Origin: Candidatus Fraserbacteria bacterium
Lineage (GTDB): Bacteria; Bipolaricaulota; Bipolaricaulia; RBG-16-55-9
NCBI GenBank assembly: GCA_037443265.1
Contig: JBBIOR010000017.1
Span: 3,354-38,138, forward strand
Reading direction: 5' to 3'
Length of the DNA stretch: 34,785 bases
The position numbers were made by a program, and so were the translations under genes. Positions 27,275-34,785 of this stretch are shown here, piece after piece (position 1 is the stretch's first letter; each line of letters starts with the position of its first letter). The notes under the pieces were generated by a model that did no database searches, was not told the origin of the DNA, and saw only the letters and a list, made by a program, of their open reading frames with translations.

Positions 27275-27553
27275 ATGAGCATGCTGCGCGATCTTTTGGA
27301 GTATCTCATCCACCACCTGGTGGACGATGCCAGGCGGGTCCGCCTCGATTGGGTGGAGACCCAGAAGATGAGCTTATTTTGTCTCTGGGCCAATCCGGGA
27401 GATGTGGGGAGAATTCTGGGTAAGAACGGCCAGACGATTGAGGACGTCCGCCGCGTGATGGAAGCCGTCGGCGCTCGTCTGGGCCGCGAGGTCATCATCG
27501 ACGTGGTGGAGCTACCCCAGGGCCGCTCCACTGCCCCTGACCCTCCTGCGTAG
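27275..27553 (+). CDS. khpA: KH-domain RNA-binding protein KhpA/YlqC
   Basis: DVGRILGKNG.TI GxxG loop; position after rpsP; start may be 27263, 27275 or 27281. Confidence 0.88.
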   Translation: MSMLRDLLEYLIHHLVDDARRVRLDWVETQKMSLFCLWANPGDVGRILGKNGQTIEDVRRVMEAVGARLGREVIIDVVELPQGRSTAPDPPA

Positions 27554-27558
27554 GGCAT

Positions 27559-28236
27559 ATGCGCGTGGACATCGTCACGCTCTTTCCGGAGCTGATTGCC
27601 CCGTACTTTGAGGGTGGGCTTCTGAAGGCAGCTCGTGAGCAGGGCCTTTTAGAGATTTACCTCCATCAACTGCGGGATTTCACGACGGACAAGCATCGCC
27701 AAGTCGACGATCGCCCCTACGGAGGCGGGCCCGGCATGATCCTCAAGCCCGAGCCCTTCTTCCGCGCTGTGGAAGCCATCAGCGTGGAGCTGCCCAAGAA
27801 GCCCCGAGTGATCTTGCTCTCCGCCCGCGGAACGCTCTTCACTCAAGCCATGGCCCGAGAGCTGGCCAAAGAAGAATTTTTAATCCTGCTCTGTGGGCGC
27901 TATCAGGAGATCGACGAGCGCGTGACGACCCTGGCTTCCGATGAGATCTCCATCGGAGATTATGTGCTTAGCGGGGGTGAACTCCCCGCCTTGGTGATCA
28001 CAGAAGCCGTCTGTCGCCTGGTGCCCGGGGTGGTGGGCAACCTGGAATCGCTCGAGATGGACTCTTTTGCCAACGAGAAGCTCCTCGGGCCTCCCCAGTA
28101 CACTCGCCCGCCGGAATTTCTGGGCCTGAAGGTGCCGGAGGTCTTGCTCTCCGGGGATCACGCGGCCATCGCGCGCTGGCGGCGCGAACAGGCCATCGCT
28201 AAGACCCGCAAGAACAGACCCGATCTCCTCCAATGA
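27559..28236 (+). CDS. trmD: tRNA (guanine37-N1)-methyltransferase
   Basis: VDDRPYGGGPGM, SIGDYVLSGGE, QYTRP, VLLSGDH. Confidence 0.96.
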   Translation: MRVDIVTLFPELIAPYFEGGLLKAAREQGLLEIYLHQLRDFTTDKHRQVDDRPYGGGPGMILKPEPFFRAVEAISVELPKKPRVILLSARGTLFTQAMARELAKEEFLILLCGRYQEIDERVTTLASDEISIGDYVLSGGELPALVITEAVCRLVPGVVGNLESLEMDSFANEKLLGPPQYTRPPEFLGLKVPEVLLSGDHAAIARWRREQAIAKTRKNRPDLLQ

Positions 28237-28237
28237 C

Positions 28238-28801
28238 ATGGGCAGTCTCTATATTGGGCTGGTGCATTACCCTGTGCTCAGCCGTGAAGGGAGAGTCTCA
28301 GCCACGGCGATCACGGGCTTAGATATTCATGATCTGGCACGCAGTGCCCGCACCTATGATGTGAAAGCGTACTATGTCATCACGCCGCTTCTCTCGCAGC
28401 GCCAGATCGCGGAGAGAATTAAGCGCTACTGGCTAGAATTGAAAGAAGATGATCCCACCCATCGCGCCGAGGCCTTGCAACTGGTCACCGTAGTTGCTAG
28501 CCTAGAGGATAGCTTGACTCGGGTGTTCGCCGAGGAAGGGATCAAGCCTCTGTTAATTGGGACTTCCGCTCGACGTCTGCTAAGAGAACAGATCAGCTAT
28601 GAAGAACTTCGCAGGCGCATCGAGCAGGATCGGGAGCCAGTATATATTCTTTTTGGCACCGGCTGGGGCTTGGCCGATGAGATCATAGAGCGAGTCGATT
28701 ACCTGCTCCCGCCGATCTGGGGGCCAGGGGAATACAATCACCTCTCGGTGCGGGCTGCGGCAGCGATCATTCTCGATCGCTTATGTGGCCGCCGCAAGTG
28801 A
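28238..28801 (+). CDS. SPOUT RNA methyltransferase, Tm1570-like
   Basis: LVHYPV, DIHDLAR..RTY, FGTGWGL, YNHLSVR.A.AIILDRL; lies between trmD and rplS. Confidence 0.9.
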   Translation: MGSLYIGLVHYPVLSREGRVSATAITGLDIHDLARSARTYDVKAYYVITPLLSQRQIAERIKRYWLELKEDDPTHRAEALQLVTVVASLEDSLTRVFAEEGIKPLLIGTSARRLLREQISYEELRRRIEQDREPVYILFGTGWGLADEIIERVDYLLPPIWGPGEYNHLSVRAAAAIILDRLCGRRK

Positions 28802-28816
28802 GATAGGAGCGAGGCG

Positions 28817-29149
28817 ATGGACCCAAAGATCCAAGCGTTGGAAGAGGAGCTCGTGCGCGATGAGAGACTCTCATTTCGTCCCGGAGATATCATCCGGGTG
28901 CACGAGCGCGTCAGTGAACTGGGCGAGGAGGGCAAGGAGCGGATTCAGATCTTCGAGGGAGTGGTGCTGCAGATCCGTGGCCGTGGAGCTTCTCAGATGT
29001 TTACGGTGCGTAAGGAGTCCTTTGGAATTGGGGTGGAGAAGATCTTTCCGCTCTATTCCCCCAAGATTGCCAAGATTGAAGTCGTCGAGCGCGGCCGCGC
29101 GCGCCGTGCCCGGCTGTTTTATCTGAGACGACGCGCGCAAAGCCGATAA
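28817..29149 (+). CDS. rplS: 50S ribosomal protein L19
   Basis: [34 protein letters not shown]. Confidence 0.97.
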   Translation: MDPKIQALEEELVRDERLSFRPGDIIRVHERVSELGEEGKERIQIFEGVVLQIRGRGASQMFTVRKESFGIGVEKIFPLYSPKIAKIEVVERGRARRARLFYLRRRAQSR

Positions 29150-29152
29150 ACT

Positions 29153-29905
29153 ATGCCTGACGAGCGCGAGCGCACACCAGAGCAGCCCGTAGTGATCGGC
29201 CCTCCCGGCCTAGAGGTCCCTTCCGCGCCGGCAGAAATTCAACACAAGCCCCTGCTCTCCCGTCTTTTCAACCGGCTGGGCATTCCCACGTCCGCTGGGG
29301 TGGATCGGGCCATTGACTGGTTCCAAGTGCTGGCCATTGCCGGGCTTCTGGCCTGGGTGACGATGACATATGGCATCGTGCGGATGCGCGTGCCCACCGG
29401 CTCGATGGAGCCGACGATCATGCCCGGCGATAGCTTCTTCGTCGATAAATTCTCATATCTCCTAGGGCTAAAGAGGCCCAAGCCCGGGGATATCATCGTG
29501 TTTTGGCACCAGGAGCCGGGCAAGATGTGCCGCGCAGGCTTTACCATCCCGTTCTTGAACTGGGACATCCGCTGGGGTGAGCTCCAAATGTGCCGGGAAC
29601 GCTATGTGAAGCGCCTCATCGCCATAGGAGGCCAAAAGATCAATATCCGCGATGGGCGCATCTACATCAACGATCAATTGATGGCAGATCCAGCTTTCCA
29701 TCGAAATTATATTTGCACCGGAGGGTGCGAATGGACTGTTCCTCCAGGGAAACTCTTTGTGTTGGGAGACAACACGGCCAATAGCTCGGATAGTCGCTAT
29801 TGGGGCTTTGCCGATGAGAGGGATTTCATTGGGGAGCCCTTCCTTAGGGTCTGGCCTCCCGGACGCATCGGCCCAATGAACGGCTACTTCGGCAGCCCAC
29901 GCTAA
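29153..29905 (+). CDS. lepB: Signal peptidase I
   Basis: VPTGSMEPT (Ser), YVKR (Lys), GDN..NS.DSRYWG. Confidence 0.95.
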   Translation: MPDERERTPEQPVVIGPPGLEVPSAPAEIQHKPLLSRLFNRLGIPTSAGVDRAIDWFQVLAIAGLLAWVTMTYGIVRMRVPTGSMEPTIMPGDSFFVDKFSYLLGLKRPKPGDIIVFWHQEPGKMCRAGFTIPFLNWDIRWGELQMCRERYVKRLIAIGGQKINIRDGRIYINDQLMADPAFHRNYICTGGCEWTVPPGKLFVLGDNTANSSDSRYWGFADERDFIGEPFLRVWPPGRIGPMNGYFGSPR

Positions 29906-30000
29906 ACCACTGTCAGCTTTTCAGGGGACAGCTGGCCTTCCCGATGGCACAAGCTTCCCTTAAGCTCTGCTCACTAACGTCTTCTCAGGAAGGTGAGACC

Positions 30001-30672
30001 GTGGTGAGAGGTTTTCTGATTCGCTGGACAACGCTCGTGTTCCTATTGCTCTTGGCAGCCTCCAGCCCCTGGACGCAAGCCGATGGCCCTGTGCAGCCTG
30101 GAGGCGTCTTCAAAGATGTCCCGCCTGACCACTGGGCCGCGGAGAATCTGAAATATCTACTGGAGCGAGGGATCATCCAGGGCCTGCCCAACGGCCAGTT
30201 CCAGGGGGATCGCTCCCCGAGCCGCTATGAAGTGGCCACGCTACTGGCCCGCGCTCTAAGCTACCTGGAGAAGAGCGGCAGGGGCGGGACCGCCACACAG
30301 CAGATCCCACCGGAAGATCTCAAAGTTTTGCAAGATCTCATCTTCAAGATCTCAGACAGACTTCAGCAGCTTTCTTCTGACGTCGAGGCGATAAAGAAGA
30401 CGAACCCGGGCATAGACCCCGCTCTGGCTGAGCGCATCCGGGTTCTTGAGTCTCAAGCCAAGGAGATCCAAGAGATCCGCAGTCAGCTCCAGCAGGATCA
30501 GCAGACGATCCGCGATCTCAAGAATCAGATCACTCAGTTCCAGGTTCGCTCTTCCACAGCTTCAGAAGAGGCCGTTGGCCAGTTGAATCAGCAGATCTTG
30601 GCCAATCGCATCATCGGGATCGTGGGCTTGATCTTCGCCGTGGTCGGGATCGCGCTGGCGACGCTGCGCTAA
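30001..30672 (+). CDS. SLH-domain coiled-coil protein with C-terminal membrane helix (Omp-alpha-like)
   Basis: Signal peptide; [10 protein letters not shown]...GIIQG.P.G.F.G....SRYEVA SLH domain; heptad-rich middle; hydrophobic [17 protein letters not shown] end. Confidence 0.88.
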   Translation: MVRGFLIRWTTLVFLLLLAASSPWTQADGPVQPGGVFKDVPPDHWAAENLKYLLERGIIQGLPNGQFQGDRSPSRYEVATLLARALSYLEKSGRGGTATQQIPPEDLKVLQDLIFKISDRLQQLSSDVEAIKKTNPGIDPALAERIRVLESQAKEIQEIRSQLQQDQQTIRDLKNQITQFQVRSSTASEEAVGQLNQQILANRIIGIVGLIFAVVGIALATLR

Positions 30673-31286
30673 GCTCGCATCTTCTGGAGCTTGCGTGAGA
30701 CGATGATCTCGTCGATGAGGCCGTACTGCAGGGCCTGCTCAGGGCTCATGAAGAAGTCCCGATCCGTGTCCTTCTCAATCTTCTCCAGGGGCTGGCCGGT
30801 GTGCTGAGCCAGGATGCGATTGAGGCGCTCGCGCGCCTTGAGCAGCTCTTCCGCGTGGATCTTGACGTCCACCGCCTGGCCCTGAGCTCCACCCAAGGGC
30901 TGGTGCAAATGGATTCGGGAGCTGGGTAGAGCCAGACGCTTCCCCTTGGTGCCCGCGGCCAGCAGCACCGTCGCCATGCTGGCTGCCTGGCCCACACAGA
31001 TGGTCGATATATCGCAGTGGATGTACTGCATTGTATCGTAGATGGCCAGGCCCGCCGTGATCACGCCGCCGGGGCTGTTGATGAAGAGCTGAACATCTCT
31101 ATCCGGGTCTTTCGACTCTAAGAAGAGCAGCTGAGCCACCACCAGATTGGCCGAATGATCGTCGATCGGCCCCTGGAGGAAGACGATGCGATCCTCCAGT
31201 AGCCGCGAATAGATGTCGTAGCTGCGCTCGTATTGGCCGGTTCGATCGATGACGAACGGGATCAACTGATGACGTATCTCTCCCAT
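30669..31286 (-). CDS. clpP: ATP-dependent Clp protease proteolytic subunit
   Basis: [32 protein letters not shown]. Confidence 0.98.
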   Translation of the reverse strand: MGEIRHQLIPFVIDRTGQYERSYDIYSRLLEDRIVFLQGPIDDHSANLVVAQLLFLESKDPDRDVQLFINSPGGVITAGLAIYDTMQYIHCDISTICVGQAASMATVLLAAGTKGKRLALPSSRIHLHQPLGGAQGQAVDVKIHAEELLKARERLNRILAQHTGQPLEKIEKDTDRDFFMSPEQALQYGLIDEIIVSRKLQKMRA

Positions 31287-31291
31287 CTCTT

Positions 31292-32497
31292 CTACTCCTC
31301 CTCAGCTTCGGCTCTCTCGCGCCTCTTCGGCTTGATGATCTGGATTTTCTCCATGAGCAGAGAGAGTACCCGCTGGTTCTCTTGCTCTTGGCGCACGCGC
31401 TCCAGCTGACCTTCGCGCTCGAGGATGGCCTTAAGCCGGACGGGATTCGTCCCGCGGCGCTCGGCCTCCTCTTTGAGAAACGATTCAAACTCTTCGTCCG
31501 TCAGCGAGATATTCTCTTTCTGTTTGATCGCTTGGAGCACGCGCTCGCGCTTGAGGCGCCTCACGATGGCCTCCCGCACCTGGGCAAGCTCCGATTCGGA
31601 AGGCTCATGGCCGCGGCTCCCCAGATATGCGCGCTCCTCCTGGAGCAGCTGCTCTACCAGGCGGGCAGGCACAGCGACTTTACTGCGTTCCACAATGGCA
31701 TCGAGCGCGGCCAGCCGGACTCTCCTCTCCTGCTCCCGCGCGACGTGCTCTTTGAGCTTCTCACGGATGTCTTCCCGCAGGGCCTCCTCGCTATCGTGTC
31801 CCAGCGTCTTGGCCAGCTCCTCAGCATCGGGCAGAGAAATGCGCTTGATCCCATCTATGATCACCGGGAGCCTTTGGCCCTCTGGCGGCTCGAGCTCGAC
31901 CGTCTCACCCACCCGCTTGCCCAGCAGCACTGCGGTCCATCCCTCGGCGCGCGCCTGGATCTCACGTGTCTCGCCGTCTCGCCTTCGAATTACGACGACG
32001 TCCTCCGCCTCGACTGGGGCCCCGCGAGGCTTGGGCACCAGCGTGGCATGTTGCACGCGCAGCTCTTCTATGGCGTGATCGATCTCCTTCTGTGTGACCC
32101 GAGGCTTAGCAGGCGCTTCCACCTCGAGGCCCGCATAATCAGCGAGCTCCACCTCGGGGAAGACCTCCACGCTCACTTCGAAGCGGAAGGGTCTGCCGGC
32201 GGCAAATTCGACCACTTTGGGCTCGGGCCGCGCGGCCGGCTCGACTTTAAGCTCCGCCAGGGCTTTAGGCAGATATTCCTCAATCAGCTCTGCTTGGGAG
32301 TCTTCATATAGAAAATCCTTGCCAAAGCGCTGTTCCAGAAAAGCCCGGGGGATGTGCCCTCGGCGAAAGCCGGGCACCTCCAGGGTTCGCAGCAGGCGGC
32401 GATAGACTTCTTCGAGCTTCTGATCGACGACATCGGAAGAGATCTCAACTTGGACGACGTACTGGGTCTCGCTATTCTGCTGAATGGTGGTCTTCAC
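31292..32497 (-). CDS. tig: Trigger factor
   Basis: [10 protein letters not shown] ribosome-binding motif; helical C-domain; directly upstream of clpP; GGAGG RBS. Confidence 0.92.
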   Translation of the reverse strand: MKTTIQQNSETQYVVQVEISSDVVDQKLEEVYRRLLRTLEVPGFRRGHIPRAFLEQRFGKDFLYEDSQAELIEEYLPKALAELKVEPAARPEPKVVEFAAGRPFRFEVSVEVFPEVELADYAGLEVEAPAKPRVTQKEIDHAIEELRVQHATLVPKPRGAPVEAEDVVVIRRRDGETREIQARAEGWTAVLLGKRVGETVELEPPEGQRLPVIIDGIKRISLPDAEELAKTLGHDSEEALREDIREKLKEHVAREQERRVRLAALDAIVERSKVAVPARLVEQLLQEERAYLGSRGHEPSESELAQVREAIVRRLKRERVLQAIKQKENISLTDEEFESFLKEEAERRGTNPVRLKAILEREGQLERVRQEQENQRVLSLLMEKIQIIKPKRRERAEAEEE

Positions 32498-32520
32498 GGG
32501 CTCCTCCCTCGCCGACTGTG

Positions 32521-32529
32521 ATTATAACA
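32521..32529 (-). promoter_or_regulatory. Extended -10 promoter element of tig-clpP
   Basis: TGtTATAAT on the minus strand, 23 nt before the tig start. Confidence 0.6.
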
Positions 32530-32531
32530 AA

Positions 32532-33449
32532 CTAGCGTCTTAAGATCAGCTCCGTGAGCAATCGATTGAGAGGTGTGGGGATGCTCAAGCGCTTCCCCTC
32601 GCGTACGAGGGCTCCGTTGAGGAAGTCGATCTCTGTTCTCTTGCCACGGCGGACATCTTGCAGCATGGAAGAGAGATTCTTCGCGGTGGCGCGACAGACG
32701 CCCTCCACGCGCCGGATAGCTTCCTCCAGGGAGAGATCGATCCCCTGAGCGGCTACGAGAGGCAGCGCCTCATGGATCACATCATGCAGGATGGCTCGCA
32801 GCTTTGGGTCTTCCACCAGCGCGCCGTTGGGGACGTCAAAGAGAGCTGTCAGGGGATTGATAGCGGCGTTGACGAGCAGCTTCTCCCAGGTTCTTTGCAC
32901 AGGATTGGCTTCGTAATGGGCCTCGATCCCCGCCTCGTTGAAGGCTTCAATGATCTTGTGGATTCGCTGCTTGTCAGCTGCAGCTACCTCGCCAAGGGGC
33001 CCCAGATAGGTGGCTCCTCGGCCGGCCCAGCGGACTCTACCCGGCTCAAGGAGCGTGGCCCCACAGGCGGTGACACCGCGCAGAATCTGCTCTTCCGGTA
33101 CATGCTTTCTGATAATATCTTCGAGGCCGAGGCCGTTTTGCAGGCTGAGCACCCAGCTCTGTTCCCCCATCAGAGGCCGTGCGTCCAAGAGCGCGCGCTC
33201 CGTGTCGTAGGCCTTGACGAAAATCCCAACTAGCTCCATCGAACCGGGGATCTCCTCGACATCCCTGACGGCGGGGAGAGAGATCTTCTGCTCCCCTTCA
33301 TCCATCTCAAGGGTCAGTCCAGAAGCGCGAATGGCTTCAATGTGCCGAATGAAAGAGCAGTTATAGAGCCAGACCTCGTGGCCGCTTCGGGCGAGCAGCC
33401 CACCAAAGAGGCTTCCCAAGGCACCGGCGCCTACGATCGCAATCCTCAT
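32532..33449 (-). CDS. panE: 2-dehydropantoate 2-reductase
   Basis: GAGALG, VKAYD, LQNG, WEKLLVNAAIN, SSMLQD...TEIDFLNG. Confidence 0.95.
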   Translation of the reverse strand: MRIAIVGAGALGSLFGGLLARSGHEVWLYNCSFIRHIEAIRASGLTLEMDEGEQKISLPAVRDVEEIPGSMELVGIFVKAYDTERALLDARPLMGEQSWVLSLQNGLGLEDIIRKHVPEEQILRGVTACGATLLEPGRVRWAGRGATYLGPLGEVAAADKQRIHKIIEAFNEAGIEAHYEANPVQRTWEKLLVNAAINPLTALFDVPNGALVEDPKLRAILHDVIHEALPLVAAQGIDLSLEEAIRRVEGVCRATAKNLSSMLQDVRRGKRTEIDFLNGALVREGKRLSIPTPLNRLLTELILRR

Positions 33450-33456
33450 GCGCCCT

Positions 33457-34299
33457 TCAAACAGAGAGCTTCTTCAGCACCTCTTCGGGCATGGAGAAGC
33501 TGTGCTCTCCAACCGTGGGGAACCTCCCGCTCTTGATGTCGTCTTTATAATCACTGAGCGCCTTCTCAATGATCTCGCTCAGATTCACATAGCGCTTGGC
33601 GAATTTGAGCGAGAGCCCGGAAAGCCCCAAGACGTCGTGCAGGACGAGCACTTGGCCGTCACAATAGGGTCCGGCACCGATGCCAATGGTGGGAATTCTC
33701 ACGCTCTCGGTGATGAGCTTGGCCAGCGGCCAGGGGATGACTTCCAAGATGAGGGCAAAGGCGCCGGCTTCTTCGAGCGTTTTGGCATCGCGCAGGAGCT
33801 TGCGGGCCCGCTGCTCGTCGCGGCCCTGAACTCCCGCCCCGCCCAGCTGGGAGGCCCGTTGAGGTGTGAACCCGATATGTCCCATCACGGCGATGCCGGC
33901 CCGATCGAGCGCTTCGACTCTAGGAGCCATCTCTTCGCCGCCTTCGATCTTGACGGCTTCTACGCCGCCCTCTTTGATGAAGCGCCCGGCGTTCTCGATG
34001 GCCTGCTCGTGCGAAATGTTATAGCTCATAAAGGGCATATCGCCGATGAGTAGAGCCCGCTGGATCCCGCGACGGACGGCTCGGGAGTGATGGAGCATCT
34101 CTTCCAGCGTGACGGGGATGGTGCTCTCATAGCCCAAGACGTTGTTTCCCACGGAGTCGCCGACGAGCACGACCTCGATACCCACTTTGTCGACCAGAAG
34201 GGCCGTGGGATGATCATACGCCGTGATCATGCTGATCTTCTCGCCCTGCTGTTTCATCTCGAAGAGGCGCGGGATGGTGATCTTATAGTCCTTCGGCAT
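33457..34299 (-). CDS. panB: 3-methyl-2-oxobutanoate hydroxymethyltransferase
   Basis: TAYD, LVGDS, DMPF, VKIEGG, GHIGFTPQ, TIGIGAG, DGQVLV. Confidence 0.97.
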   Translation of the reverse strand: MPKDYKITIPRLFEMKQQGEKISMITAYDHPTALLVDKVGIEVVLVGDSVGNNVLGYESTIPVTLEEMLHHSRAVRRGIQRALLIGDMPFMSYNISHEQAIENAGRFIKEGGVEAVKIEGGEEMAPRVEALDRAGIAVMGHIGFTPQRASQLGGAGVQGRDEQRARKLLRDAKTLEEAGAFALILEVIPWPLAKLITESVRIPTIGIGAGPYCDGQVLVLHDVLGLSGLSLKFAKRYVNLSEIIEKALSDYKDDIKSGRFPTVGEHSFSMPEEVLKKLSV

Positions 34300-34398
34300 G
34301 GCCGCTCCTTCATTGCCATCTTATTCTTTCGGGCGGATTTGTGCAATAGGGATGGTTTTCCTATGATCTAGAAACGTAATCGCTCCTTACCCCCCCCC

Positions 34399-34427
34399 TT
34401 GACACTTTATCTCACTTATGCTATATT
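34399..34427 (+). promoter_or_regulatory. Sigma70-type promoter
   Basis: TTGACA-17 nt-TATATT with TG-n extended -10. Confidence 0.75.
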
Positions 34428-34469
34428 CATACCCTAGAAAGAGCAAGAAGCCCCAGGAGGTTCATAAAA

Positions 34470-34785
34470 ATGAGTAGGAGGCATCTGCTTGCAGGCGGCG
34501 CAACCCTCCTTCTTGTAGGAATCCTGACCGGCTGTGCTCTCTTCTTCCCTAATGATACGACAGAGCAAGCGCTCCATTCTGCTGAAGAATCTTCGGCGTG
34601 GCTGATTGCGGCTCAAGGGCAGGAGGCTCCTCCGGCCTGTGAGCGGGCCCTCCTCTCCAGCCAGGCCCGCCGGGAGGCCCAACAGGCCCTCAAGACGGAA
34701 GAAGAGGTCCAGAAGCTGCAGCAGCTCCTGGCTACTATGGGCAAGCGGCTGCTGCTGTGGCGGGCCCACGGGTGTGTGGTGGAGG
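34470..34785 (+). CDS. Putative lipoprotein, N-terminal part (runs off window end)
   Basis: Translated by eye: MSRRHLLAGGATLLLVGILTGC-ALFFP..., open to the window end; AGGAGG RBS and promoter upstream; absent from the ORF track. Confidence 0.8.
   Translation, partial: MSRRHLLAGGATLLLVGILTGCALFFPNDTTEQALHSAEESSAWLIAAQGQEAPPACERALLSSQARREAQQALKTEEEVQKLQQLLATMGKRLLLWRAHGCVVE

Noticed and set aside
28234..28240. Frameshifted TrmD-Tm1570 fusion
   Set aside because: TGA-c-ATG gives a clean stop and restart, both proteins look complete and no slippery site is evident
31382..32311. Long antisense ORFs (309 aa here; also 25630-26379, 24289-25002, 33448-34053)
   Set aside because: Antisense shadows of well-supported genes, expected in GC-rich DNA; no motifs or RBS
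34390..34398. Poly-C tract as a phase-variation site
   Set aside because: The C9 run lies just upstream of the -35, not in the spacer or a coding frame, so length change has no obvious effect
34434..34769. 111-aa minus-strand ORF
   Set aside because: Shadow of the plus-strand lipoprotein gene, which has promoter, RBS and lipobox

Overview
Compact, GC-rich bacterial chromosomal region made mostly of housekeeping genes: pntAA-pntAB-pntB, a Usp, pckA-rpiA, tRNA-Cys(GCA) and tRNA-Val(GAC), a DUF4139-type protein, a phosphohexomutase, leuS, comEC, a CNNM/hemolysin - M1 peptidase - panC - tsaE cluster, accB-accC-ffh-rpsP-khpA-trmD-SPOUT-rplS-lepB, an SLH/coiled-coil protein, tig-clpP and panB-panE. 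The Tm1570-type SPOUT gene, the Omp-alpha-like SLH protein and KhpA suggest a deep-branching Terrabacteria lineage such as Bipolaricaulota/Acetothermia (inference only). No integrase, transposase or CRISPR array was seen. Most interesting signals: (1) a near-leaderless, Leu-rich 19-codon leader peptide overlapping a hairpin upstream of leuS (candidate ribosome-sensing attenuator, not in the ORF track); (2) a non-phage two-gene operon (65-aa protein + Rad52/Rad22-family annealase) convergent with and overlapping a nuclease-less comEC; (3) a 20-bp intergenic motif in three copies; (4) an AT-richer secreted-protein/lipoprotein pair; (5) a structured leader before a zinc-ribbon gene; (6) several altered enzyme motifs and domain architectures.
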